A stretch of DNA of 64,000 bases from Bdellovibrionales bacterium (GCA_965218815.1 CBDCLX010000002.1:2918176-2982175); one strand, 5' to 3'; shown: positions 28,363-37,883, counted from the stretch's first letter. Numbers and translations are program-made. Notes: generated by a model from the sequence alone, not told the origin.

Positions 28363-28664
28363 TGGCTTTTGGTTTATCCCAGGAAACACTTGAACAGTTA
28401 AGAAGTGTGTTTGAAAAATATCCTGAGATTACCCAGGTAAAAATCTATGGTTCACGGGTGACAGATCATTGTAGAAGAGGTTCAGACATTGATCTGGCTT
28501 TTTTTTCTGAATCTGAAAAAAATCTGTCATCCAGTCTTTCATGGGATCTGGATGATCTTCCAAGCCCTTATTTGTTTGATTTGGTCCATTACAATAAGCT
28601 GAACAAATGTTCGTTAAAAGAAGAAATAGATAAATATGGCAAGATTATTTATAAGAAAAATTGA
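28362..28664 (+). CDS. Minimal nucleotidyltransferase (MNT, HI0073-like)
   Basis: KIYGSRVTDHCRRGSDIDLAF matches the GS...D.D polymerase-beta-type NTase motif. The ATG overlaps the stop of the HEPN gene. Confidence 0.85.
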   Translation: MAFGLSQETLEQLRSVFEKYPEITQVKIYGSRVTDHCRRGSDIDLAFFSESEKNLSSSLSWDLDDLPSPYLFDLVHYNKLNKCSLKEEIDKYGKIIYKKN

Positions 28665-28839
28665 GTCCTTGATCTTCTCTAAAACTATAGCAGAGTTTGG
28701 AAGATCAGAGGTTTGTTTCCAGAAAATTGAAAAAGAAGTCACAGGGTCTATGATGTTCGGAATAAAGTTCGGTATAAAGAGAATTTTAGAAGAATTAAAA
28801 AACAGCACTAATCAGATAGAAACCAAAAGGAGACAGCCT

Positions 28840-29694
28840 ATGGTCAGCTTAAAAGAAATCCTCCAACTCCACAGCCAGTGGCTTAAAGTTTGCCCACTGC
28901 CTGAAGAGAACCATCAGGCTTTGTGGAAATGGATTCGTATGCGGTTTAACCATACCTCAAACCATATTGAGGGAAACACTCTCACCTACAATGAAACCCA
29001 ACTGCTTCTCATTCACGGGCGGACTTCAGGGGATCATAAGCTCCGGGAGTATGAAGAAATGAAAGCCCACAATGTGGCCTTTAGCCACATGATGAGGCTT
29101 TCTCAGGAAAAAAGACCTATCAATGAAGGAGATATTAGGGATCTAAATAAAATTTGTCTGAAAGAGCCTTTTTATAAGATGGCCAGGACTCCTGACGGGG
29201 AATCCACACGGAAAAAAATCATCCCTGGAGAGTACAAAACACAACCCAATCATGTTCTTACAGAAACAGGGGAGATTTTTCAGTTTGCCATACCTGAAGA
29301 AACACCATCACTGATGGCGGAACTTGTTCAATGGATGGGTGAATGGCTTAAACAGAGCTTGGAGAATCAACACAAAAATCTTGTTTCTTTTTTAGCTGAA
29401 CTTCATAAGCGTTTTATACTGATTCATCCTTTTGATGATGGAAACGGGAGAGTGGTTCGTCTTTTAATGGGCTATGTTCTTGTTCGCCTGGATTTTCTCC
29501 CTATCATTATTCATGACAGAAAAGAATACATTAAAGCCATACAGTTTTCAGATGCCGGAGACATAAAACCCCTTGAGGAGTTATTTGCCACCAATATAAT
29601 CATGATGCTTGAAAAAGGTCTTCTTGCCAAAAAAAGTCAGATAAATCTTGATGAACCTCTAATGGAGGTCAGGGTTCTTAATTCAGAAAGTTAA
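28840..29694 (+). CDS. Fic-family protein (copy A)
   Basis: HPFDDGNGRVVR Fic motif. The ATG at 28840 has an AAAAGGAGA RBS. About 90 percent identical (by eye) to copy B at 51455-52291. Confidence 0.88.
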   Translation: MVSLKEILQLHSQWLKVCPLPEENHQALWKWIRMRFNHTSNHIEGNTLTYNETQLLLIHGRTSGDHKLREYEEMKAHNVAFSHMMRLSQEKRPINEGDIRDLNKICLKEPFYKMARTPDGESTRKKIIPGEYKTQPNHVLTETGEIFQFAIPEETPSLMAELVQWMGEWLKQSLENQHKNLVSFLAELHKRFILIHPFDDGNGRVVRLLMGYVLVRLDFLPIIIHDRKEYIKAIQFSDAGDIKPLEELFATNIIMMLEKGLLAKKSQINLDEPLMEVRVLNSES

Positions 29695-30337
29695 AAACTT
29701 TTTTAAGAAGTCTGTCAATAAAACCTCTGTCTTTGCGAACTGTTTTAGTTTGAAACCGACAAACGGATCTTTTCGGGAAAGAATTGATGGTCTTTATGGA
29801 ACTAAAAAAATCAAATCCAATGAAGGAATTTAAAAAAGCATGAGAGCCATTCCCCTCTTCCTCCAGGTCCAGACAGGCACAGATGGGTTCAGTATAATCT
29901 TCATAATAAGATGCCTCATAGTTTTCAAAATAGGTCCATTTCCCTTTGGAACTGAAAAAGCCTTCCAAAGTGACATAATCATCATCTTCAAAACGATCCT
30001 CTGCCTGAACGCAAAATTGTCCCGATGAAGTGATAAATTTGATTTTCTCCATAGTATCAAAGCAGGACTCCATGGAAAAAACGGGTCTTCTTGTTGAAAA
30101 GCTGTACTCTTTTTCATCATAAATAAATTGACCCTCCAGGAAGAAAATGTCTTCTGCTTCAGGATCTGGATATCTAAGAGTGATGTGTCCATTAATACAT
30201 TCAAGAGAAGTTAACTTTTTGGAACAAAATGAGACAGGATTTGTAAGAGCCTGTAAAGGACAACAGAATAAAAATGCCAATAAAAATATCAGATTATTCT
30301 CGATGACTTTTGAGTTTTTCATATTTTTTAATAACAT
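29678..30337 (-). CDS. Secreted Cys-containing protein (copy A), partner of the SLT gene
   Basis: Signal-like N-terminus NNLIFLLAFLFCCPLQALT and several conserved Cys. Overlaps the upstream SLT gene by 44 nt. Paralog at 49606-50148. Confidence 0.6.
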   Translation of the reverse strand: MLLKNMKNSKVIENNLIFLLAFLFCCPLQALTNPVSFCSKKLTSLECINGHITLRYPDPEAEDIFFLEGQFIYDEKEYSFSTRRPVFSMESCFDTMEKIKFITSSGQFCVQAEDRFEDDDYVTLEGFFSSKGKWTYFENYEASYYEDYTEPICACLDLEEEGNGSHAFLNSFIGFDFFSSIKTINSFPKRSVCRFQTKTVRKDRGFIDRLLKKVFNFLN

Positions 30338-31073
30338 CTTTAACCTCTCTGTGATCTAAAGTTTTCCTTCCCTTGTACTCCATAACGGCCTCAAGCCAGG
30401 TTGCTTTGACATCCTTCTGTTTGATTTTGGCAGAGGCAATCTCTTTTTTACGAAAAAGCCATCTGACTCCTGCCGCAATATTGAGAACGGGATCGTTAAT
30501 ATCTTTCAGGTCAATTTGTAACAGATGGTTGCGAAGCTCTTTTCTGTAACCTCCCAGGTATTTAACAGTGGATGTTAATATCTGCGTTAAACCGTAAGCT
30601 ATCTGATCTTTTGGTGCAGGAGTTTTAATTTTCGGATCAAAAGAGGATTCAGTCATAATCAGAGCTTTGACAAGATCGGGATCGAGGGGAACTTTTGGTT
30701 TAAAAACATCATTCCAGTATTGGGTCCAGCCTGCAATGAGGGAGTTGAATTTATTTCCCCGACGGGATCCAAGATTGTTTTTACTGATCTTTGATTTTAG
30801 TTTTGGAAAGTACAAATCAGCAATACGGTGAAGTTCATCCTCATACATTACATCCTGGCCTGATGGGTTTTTTACGCAGGCTCCTTTTCTGTAATGGGCT
30901 TTAACCTGATCCCCTTTTCTTAAGTGAGCATCTACATGAGAAGAGCTTCGCCAGTGATAGCCGGGTTGGCATTTTCTCCAGGGGTGTTTTTTGGCTTTCG
31001 GCACAGTCATCCTCCAGGTTCTTTGAAGTTTTTCTAAAAACCCATTCTCTTTGATAATCAGAAAGGGATTCAT
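30294..31073 (-). CDS. Lytic transglycosylase (SLT-domain) protein without signal peptide (copy A)
   Basis: LVKALIMTESSFDP (catalytic Glu-Ser) and AYGLTQI motifs of the SLT/GH23 fold. The basic His/Lys/Arg/Cys-containing N-terminal region is not recognised. Confidence 0.75.
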   Translation of the reverse strand: MNPFLIIKENGFLEKLQRTWRMTVPKAKKHPWRKCQPGYHWRSSSHVDAHLRKGDQVKAHYRKGACVKNPSGQDVMYEDELHRIADLYFPKLKSKISKNNLGSRRGNKFNSLIAGWTQYWNDVFKPKVPLDPDLVKALIMTESSFDPKIKTPAPKDQIAYGLTQILTSTVKYLGGYRKELRNHLLQIDLKDINDPVLNIAAGVRWLFRKKEIASAKIKQKDVKATWLEAVMEYKGRKTLDHREVKDVIKKYEKLKSHRE

Positions 31074-31149
31074 AGATATTTATTATTCAATAAAATCCCG
31101 GTTTTTGGCAAAGATTTATGGAAAATCGGGTTAGGGTGTCATAGTGGAT

Positions 31150-31785
31150 TTATTGACGAAAACAAATGCTGGCATAGTGGGGACACAGGAGGCCGCTTTC
31201 TGAATTAAAACCGCATTCGTCCTCAAAAGAGTCGTAGTTTATTCTGTGGGTTCTCTGTGTATTGGAATTGAGTCCATAACAGATTCCTTCAACAACCATT
31301 TTGGGAACCACACATTTTCTCTCCAGATCCACATACCACTCTTCGGAGGGAAGGCTTTGCCTTATGGTTTGTAATTGATTGTCAGGACTGATGGGGTCAG
31401 GGCTCATGGCACAGCGAATGATGGGGTCACCAACAGGGTTTCCTTCATCATCAAGGGGTTGATAGGTGACGTATTCTGGAAGGACAATCATAAACTGCAT
31501 ATCGTTGGGACAGTCCCAGGATTTCAGATCGGAAATTTTTTTGCGACTGTCGATGATATACTCAGTGATGGAGGCCAGGACCCTGGGAGGCATATCCGGT
31601 CCGGGACTTCCTCCTCCAAGGCGTGTTGGTTGTTTGAAGCGGGGCTGTATAGCCATTCCGAATACATTTTGGCGAATATCATCAATACCAGGGTTATTGA
31701 TAACCTCACGGCCTGTTTCTTTTCGCAAATCCAGGAAAGATCCTGGGTGTATAAGCAGGATAAAAGATATTTTATCAGAGATCAA
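31150..31785 (-). CDS. Hypothetical protein, apparently 5'-truncated; the ORF start lies inside the IS91 remnant
   Basis: The first 13 codons (TTG-start MISDKISFILLIH) are IS91-end sequence that also heads ORF 37852-38124. The remainder is unrecognised. Confidence 0.45.
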   Translation of the reverse strand: MISDKISFILLIHPGSFLDLRKETGREVINNPGIDDIRQNVFGMAIQPRFKQPTRLGGGSPGPDMPPRVLASITEYIIDSRKKISDLKSWDCPNDMQFMIVLPEYVTYQPLDDEGNPVGDPIIRCAMSPDPISPDNQLQTIRQSLPSEEWYVDLERKCVVPKMVVEGICYGLNSNTQRTHRINYDSFEDECGFNSESGLLCPHYASICFRQ

Positions 31786-32130
31786 GATGTATTCCCACCC
31801 CGTTTTCCATGTTTTTTCTGATCTTTTTGCTTTACGAATTCCATTTTGTGTTCATTTGAATGGGGTTTTTCTTGAGAACTTATGATTCCAAACCTGATTT
31901 GATTGGAAAAGTGAATTTTTGAATAAGGGAATCCATCACAGAAAACCCGGGTTCTCCGTCAGAGTTCTCCAATGAAGAAGATTCATGAGAAATCGAAAAC
32001 CTCCTCCTCTTCCGGTGGCCCCCTTGGAGAACAGGGCTCTGGAATTCCTGACTCCAGTCCCAAGTGGGTGAGAATCTTTTTGATGACTTCAGGTCCCTCT
32101 ATGGAAGAGATGACTTTGAGTTTCCCCCCA
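31747..32130 (-). mobile_element. IS91-family remnant A (3' end of tnpA plus the end downstream of tnpA)
   Basis: Near-identical to 38086-38469 of the intact copy. Homology stops abruptly after tttcccccca at 32130. Confidence 0.85.
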
Positions 32131-35100
32131 GCATCCCCCATGGTTCACAAATTGTTACCCTTAATGCTTCCGGTGTGACAGGATCGGATCAGGTTCGCTA
32201 TGCCAACTTCAACGGCAGACTCAATATTATGCAAAATGTTTTAAACAGACCCTTGAGGGACTATATGCTCCCCCGTGTTGATCCAGCCTCCACAGCTATG
32301 GTGAACCCCACACAGACAACCACTGTTAGTAACACAAACGCTGGTGTGACTTTAACAGTTCCCCGGAACACGGCCATGAATAGTGACGGAACCATATACT
32401 CAGGCCCCCTGTCCGTTGATATGGTTCCAACAGATGCCACCCCAAGGGAATTGCCGGAAGAGTTTCAGCCAAGCTTTATTATCACCATTCAACCCACAGG
32501 GGTGAGGTTTAATAATCCTGTGCCCATAACCTTTCCAAATACTGATAATTTACCCGCAGGAAGTGTGACTGAGCTTTTCTCTCTTTCAGAAAGGGGAGGT
32601 TTTGAGAGTGTTGGCTTTGGCAGAGTATCTTCTGATGGTCGGACTATCACTACAATAGCAGGGGGTGTGAGAAGTGCCAGTTGGCATTTTATGACTGTCA
32701 TAGAACCAAGGCTTGAAAAAATCGGTCCACCGGATTCCGGTGATGGAGACAACAATGATAACGATCCTGATATGTGTGAGGGAAGTCTTTTGTGTGTGGC
32801 TTCAGGGGCATTGGGTGAGGACCATGAACTTCCCGGTTTTGTCAGTCATGGGGTCCCCATTACAATGAAAATGGGTTATAAGAATCCCCCTTCCCTTGAG
32901 TTCAGTCCCATACAATTCAGAGTTGTTTATGTCACACGCAGAGTTCCCATTGATCCCAGGAATCCCGGTAGAACTATTGCCATAAATCCACTTCCGGTTC
33001 CAAGAATGACTGTAAATACAACCATAGGTGGTTCAACTTCTCCAATGACTTCCTTTAATACCACAGATCTATTAAGCAGACCGGATACCCCCTTTGGTCT
33101 TGTCAAACACATTGAAACCCGTGGGATGGGTACAGGTATTCATTCCATTGGACTCTCAGTGGGTCTGGGTGCCTCCATGAACGGAGGGGGATCAAGAACA
33201 ATGAAAAAAAGTGTTGATTATCCTGTGATCTCTCCTGACACGGAGTTCGGCATGGGTTGGAGGTTTGAGGGGCTTCACAAGCTCTATGGAATGAACGGTG
33301 ATCCGGTGAGTTCCACATCCAGGAAGATCATGCTTGTCTATGGAAACTTCAAGTTCCTTGTTTTTGACAGAAACGAGGATGGCACCTACACTTCTCCCCA
33401 AGGGGATTATTCCACCCTTTCCTTTATTCCCGAACCCTTTGGGGGTTACAGCAGGGTTGCCAAGGATGGCACCAACTATGTCTTTGACCGACACGGAAAA
33501 CTTGCGGGTTTTCTTGACAGGTACAACAGAAGAACCACATACAACTATGATACCAGCAGTGGTAAACTCACAGAGATTTTGTATAGTAACGGAAGCAGGA
33601 CCTCTTTTGTTTACGGCTCTGACGGTTATATTGACACTATTACTGACCCCATGATGCGGGTCACACGTTTTAGTCATGATTCCACAGGTCATCTTTTGCA
33701 AATTATTGATTCTGACAATACAACCCGGACCTTTGACTATGGGGCAGATCACAGACTTCTCTCCCAGGTGGATAAAAAGCAAAGGGCCAAGAACTATGGT
33801 TATGATGAGATGGGTAACGTGGTTCAGGTCATACGTCCTGACAACACTCAGGTTGGATTGACCTCAAAGGTGACAAAGCTGACAACCCAGGGAGGGGATT
33901 CCTCTATGGTTATGGTTGATAATGACAGCAGGTTTTCCAACTTTTCAGATGCCAGGGGGAATGTGACAAAAATAGAGACCAACGCTTTTGGTTCCTCTAT
34001 GAAGTCCATAGACCCTATGGGTCAGACGGTGAGTTATACAAGAGATGAAGACAACAACATCACACAAAGCACTGACAAAAGAGGAAATGATGTTACAAGA
34101 GCCTATGATTCTATGGGTAATTTAACTTCCTTTAGAGATGCACACTTCAGACAATACAGTTATGGGTATATGTCAAACCCGGCAGATAACTTTCATCAGA
34201 TCACATCAAACAGAGATGCCAGGGGGAACACAACAACCTACAGTTACGACAGGCTTGGAAATTTGACAAGAATGATGATGCCAAACAGCAGGTCCACCAG
34301 TTTTACCTACAATGGGTATTTGATGACCTCCATGACTCGTGCTGAGGACATTCAGGATGTTACAACCCACTTTGAACATGATGCCAATGGGAACGTGACT
34401 ATTGTCAGGGATAATGGGAGACTGATTATAAGCCAAAGGACCTATGACAGTGCGGGAAATGTTTTAACCAGCACGGATGCCCTTGGGAATACGACCACCT
34501 ACACTTATGATTCCATGAACAGACTCTCAACCCAAACGGATGCCAGGGGGGGAGTTGTTCAATACGACTATGACAACATGGGAAATTTAACCTTCATCAC
34601 AGATGAGAGAAACCATATCACCTCTTTTGAGTACGACGGGATGGATCGTCTGGTTAAGGTCACAGACCCAAGGCTTTTCACTGAAGAGTTTGAATACGAT
34701 GCCAACGGAAATCTTATTGAAAAAACAGACAAGAATGGGGACACCATCATCAGTCAGTATGATGTGTTAAACAGGATGGAAAATAAAACCTTTCCCGATG
34801 AAAGCACTTATGTTTTCACTTATGATCCAAATAATAATCTTCTCACAGCCACAGACTCTGATTCAGATATTTCCTTCACCTATGATGAAAGATCAGATCG
34901 TTTGGCTCAGGCTTCAACAGTCAACAACAAAACAGTTCCCGATGTGGATATTTTCTACTCCTATGATGACAACGATAACATAACATCAGTTTATGATTCT
35001 GTGGCTGGAGCCGATCAGATCTTCTATGGTTATGATGAGAGTAACAGACTCATTAGAATTGGTCGCTCATCCACTGATCCTTCGTCTATTAGGTTTAGCT

Positions 35101-36506
35101 ACAATAAACTGGACAACAGGACAGGAACTATTTACCCCAATGGAGTTACTTCCTCATACCTCTATACCCCTGGAAAACCCAACCGGTTAAGAACACTGAC
35201 TCACAGTCTGACAACAACCCCTTTAAACGAGGATGGAACTTCGGGAGAGACCACAATAGAAACCCATTCCTCTTTTGTTTACTCCTATAATCTCAATGAC
35301 TATGTCACAGGTGTTGATACCGTCAGGTCAGAGTTGACTGTGAACTCTCATCTGACTTATATCTATGACACTGACAATCAGTTAACCTCGGCCACAAAGC
35401 CCCAGGGCACAGGGACAGAGACCTTTACCTATGATCTTTCAGGGAACAGGTTAAGAAGAGATGAAGAGACCGTGGATTCCACATTCTCAGATAACAATGA
35501 ATTGACAAATGACAAAACCTACACCTATGTCTATGACAGGAACGGAAACCTCACACAAAGAACCCATATTGCAACAGGACAAGTTACAACCTACACCTGG
35601 GATTATGAGAATCAATTAACTTCGGTAATAACAAAACCCAATGCCACGGCTGAACCAACAAGTGAGGTTTCTTACAGGTACGATGCTCTGGGAAGAAGAA
35701 TACAGAAGAATGTGAATGACACCATAACCAACTATGTTTATGATAGAGACAATATCCTGTTGGAGTTTAATGCCCAGAACATGATGAAAGCCAAGTACAC
35801 ACACAGTGGCAGGACAGATGAAGTGATGATTATGGAAAGACCTGAGAGTCCACATACAAGTGAGAGTTTTTCAAACCAGAGATATTACTACCACCATGAC
35901 CGTCTGGGTTCCACAGCAGAGATTACAAATCCATCAGGGGATGTTGTCCAACGCTATGTCTATGATTCTTTTGGAAACACCAGTATTTACAACAAAGACG
36001 GGACAGAGATTACAGAAGCCAGTACGGATTATCTGAAAAACCCATACACTTTCACAGGACGTGAACGTGATCCTGAAACAGGACTCCACTACCACAGGGC
36101 CAGATACTACAATCCAGAAGCTGGAAGGTGGATCAGTTCTGATCCTATTGGGTTTGACAGTGGGGATACTAACTTTTACAGGTATGTTTTCAACAATTCG
36201 ATAAATTTTAATGATCCTGATGGAGAAATTTTATGCCCAATTGCTATTGCAGCAGGAGTATCTTATGATATATTGTCTGCTATATCAAATCAAATAGATA
36301 AAGGTGAAAAGTTAAGGAAGGAATTAGAAGAACTTAGGAGAAAAGAAAGTACATGTTCTGATCCTTCTGAACAATTGAAATATCAAAAAAAACAAATAGA
36401 ATTACTCCGGAAGTACAAAAATCTTGGCTATATAGATGCAATACTTGCAACTCTTCCAGGAAGAGGTTTTGCAATAGCAGTACTTATTTGTATTGGTCTT
36501 CTATAA
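32064..36506 (+). CDS. Rhs/YD-repeat protein, N-terminally truncated by the IS91 remnant
   Basis: Dozens of YD repeats (e.g. YTYDSMNRL, YDYDNMGNL, FEYDANGNL). RHS core end YYHHDRLGS...RYYNPEAGRWISSDPIGF...FYRYVFNNSINFNDPDGE. The first 22 codons are antisense IS91 sequence. Confidence 0.9.
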   Translation: MGENLFDDFRSLYGRDDFEFPPSIPHGSQIVTLNASGVTGSDQVRYANFNGRLNIMQNVLNRPLRDYMLPRVDPASTAMVNPTQTTTVSNTNAGVTLTVPRNTAMNSDGTIYSGPLSVDMVPTDATPRELPEEFQPSFIITIQPTGVRFNNPVPITFPNTDNLPAGSVTELFSLSERGGFESVGFGRVSSDGRTITTIAGGVRSASWHFMTVIEPRLEKIGPPDSGDGDNNDNDPDMCEGSLLCVASGALGEDHELPGFVSHGVPITMKMGYKNPPSLEFSPIQFRVVYVTRRVPIDPRNPGRTIAINPLPVPRMTVNTTIGGSTSPMTSFNTTDLLSRPDTPFGLVKHIETRGMGTGIHSIGLSVGLGASMNGGGSRTMKKSVDYPVISPDTEFGMGWRFEGLHKLYGMNGDPVSSTSRKIMLVYGNFKFLVFDRNEDGTYTSPQGDYSTLSFIPEPFGGYSRVAKDGTNYVFDRHGKLAGFLDRYNRRTTYNYDTSSGKLTEILYSNGSRTSFVYGSDGYIDTITDPMMRVTRFSHDSTGHLLQIIDSDNTTRTFDYGADHRLLSQVDKKQRAKNYGYDEMGNVVQVIRPDNTQVGLTSKVTKLTTQGGDSSMVMVDNDSRFSNFSDARGNVTKIETNAFGSSMKSIDPMGQTVSYTRDEDNNITQSTDKRGNDVTRAYDSMGNLTSFRDAHFRQYSYGYMSNPADNFHQITSNRDARGNTTTYSYDRLGNLTRMMMPNSRSTSFTYNGYLMTSMTRAEDIQDVTTHFEHDANGNVTIVRDNGRLIISQRTYDSAGNVLTSTDALGNTTTYTYDSMNRLSTQTDARGGVVQYDYDNMGNLTFITDERNHITSFEYDGMDRLVKVTDPRLFTEEFEYDANGNLIEKTDKNGDTIISQYDVLNRMENKTFPDESTYVFTYDPNNNLLTATDSDSDISFTYDERSDRLAQASTVNNKTVPDVDIFYSYDDNDNITSVYDSVAGADQIFYGYDESNRLIRIGRSSTDPSSIRFSYNKLDNRTGTIYPNGVTSSYLYTPGKPNRLRTLTHSLTTTPLNEDGTSGETTIETHSSFVYSYNLNDYVTGVDTVRSELTVNSHLTYIYDTDNQLTSATKPQGTGTETFTYDLSGNRLRRDEETVDSTFSDNNELTNDKTYTYVYDRNGNLTQRTHIATGQVTTYTWDYENQLTSVITKPNATAEPTSEVSYRYDALGRRIQKNVNDTITNYVYDRDNILLEFNAQNMMKAKYTHSGRTDEVMIMERPESPHTSESFSNQRYYYHHDRLGSTAEITNPSGDVVQRYVYDSFGNTSIYNKDGTEITEASTDYLKNPYTFTGRERDPETGLHYHRARYYNPEAGRWISSDPIGFDSGDTNFYRYVFNNSINFNDPDGEILCPIAIAAGVSYDILSAISNQIDKGEKLRKELEELRRKESTCSDPSEQLKYQKKQIELLRKYKNLGYIDAILATLPGRGFAIAVLICIGLL

Positions 36507-36518
36507 TTTTTAAAAAAA

Positions 36519-37883
36519 GTGTTTGATGGATACATGAAATCAATTAAGAAAATACCAGTTTCTAAATTATTATTTTTCTGGTTTGGTATTTTTATTTTCT
36601 TCTTTTTTTTCATTTCCTTATTTATTCAAGCAATATCTATTGAAAAGTTATTTATATTTACACAGGAAAATTATAATATTGATTCATTTTTGTTTTTTAT
36701 GGTTCAGAAATTTTTTAATAATGAAAGAATATTTAAATTCTTTGAGAACAATATATCTAAAATATACTTTTTTGTGGAAATGCCATTGATTTTCAGTTTT
36801 ATACCAACAACTTCTTGTATTTTAGGAGTTCTTTTTTCTCGCAGACTTAAAAGAGATTTTTTATTATCTTTATGCTTTAGACTATTACTAGTTTCTTTGT
36901 TTCCGTTACCTTTATTAATCATAAGGTCTTTTGAAATTCATGATGTAAACATCCTAAGTTTTTGTGTAATACTAGAGTTTTTAACAATATTATTTTTAGA
37001 TAGATTTTATAAAAGAAAAGTATTAAAATCAATGAAAAATTATCAAAAGATACTTTATTCATGTTCTTTCTATACGAAGATTGGAATAATCATTTTTTTC
37101 ACAAAATTTATTATAGATACACTAACAAAAGGATTCTTATGGGAGTTTTTTCTGACTGCTCTCCTTGCAGAGTTAAATTGTTTCATTTGTCTTTTAATTA
37201 TGAACAAGACACATCACTTTTATAAAAGGCATCCATCACTTTTAGAAAATAAATTAGGAAATGAAAAAAAACAGAAAGATAAAGATGTTGTTATAATGAA
37301 AAAATCATCAATGAATAAAATCCTAAAAGGAACTTGTTGGATTTTTTTTATTATTATGTCACTTCATATTATTTTTTCTCCAATTTTTTCTAAAGTATCC
37401 TCTCCTCTAACTTATACAAGCTTCTATGCAAGTTATTACGGCTGGGAGAAAATTCTTAAATTTCTCATTAAGAATGATGCTAATGTGAATGCAAGGGAAA
37501 ATGGATACACACTTTTACAAGTTGCTATGTCTCGAGGGCATGAACAAATTATAACTCTTCTTATTAAAAATGGAGCTAGCTTAAATGTGGAAGACAATTT
37601 GCTGGGTTGGACTCCCTTGCATCATGCAACTCAAGATAATCATAAAAAAATTGTAACTCTTCTTATTAAAAGTGGAGCCAATATAAATGCTAAAGGCAAA
37701 AAATATGGTTTCACTCCTTTACATATAGCAGTATTCAATGATTATACAGAAACCATATCTCTCCTTATAAAAAATAAAGCCGATGTTAGTATAAAAGACA
37801 ATGAGAATCGAAGTCCTCTTGATATAGCAAAAATTAGAAAGCGTAATGATATTATAAAAATATTAATCCATCCAGATTTTTAA
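36519..37883 (+). CDS. Polytopic membrane protein with C-terminal ankyrin repeats (candidate Rhs immunity)
   Basis: Many hydrophobic helices in the N-terminal ~330 aa. About 4 ANK repeats follow (GYTLLQVAMSRGHEQIITLLIKNGASLN, GWTPLHHATQDNHKKIVTLLIKSGANIN, GFTPLHIAVFNDYTETISLLIKNKADV). Very AT-rich. The start is uncertain (GTG 36519 or ATG 36534). Confidence 0.8.
   Translation: MFDGYMKSIKKIPVSKLLFFWFGIFIFFFFFISLFIQAISIEKLFIFTQENYNIDSFLFFMVQKFFNNERIFKFFENNISKIYFFVEMPLIFSFIPTTSCILGVLFSRRLKRDFLLSLCFRLLLVSLFPLPLLIIRSFEIHDVNILSFCVILEFLTILFLDRFYKRKVLKSMKNYQKILYSCSFYTKIGIIIFFTKFIIDTLTKGFLWEFFLTALLAELNCFICLLIMNKTHHFYKRHPSLLENKLGNEKKQKDKDVVIMKKSSMNKILKGTCWIFFIIMSLHIIFSPIFSKVSSPLTYTSFYASYYGWEKILKFLIKNDANVNARENGYTLLQVAMSRGHEQIITLLIKNGASLNVEDNLLGWTPLHHATQDNHKKIVTLLIKSGANINAKGKKYGFTPLHIAVFNDYTETISLLIKNKADVSIKDNENRSPLDIAKIRKRNDIIKILIHPDF

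Noticed and set aside
31747-31785. IS-encoded leader MISDKISFILLIH as a genuine N-terminal extension or outward-reading fusion start for flanking genes (also 38086-38124)
   Set aside because: It starts at a TTG with no visible RBS. It appears on two unrelated downstream sequences simply because both abut the same IS end, so it is most likely an ORF-caller artefact. It is kept only as a caveat in the IS91 finding.
32489-35855. Multiple minus-strand ORFs inside the Rhs gene (e.g. 33192-33782, 196 aa)
   Set aside because: They are antisense to an unambiguous YD-repeat coding frame. The repetitive sense sequence generates long open antisense frames.
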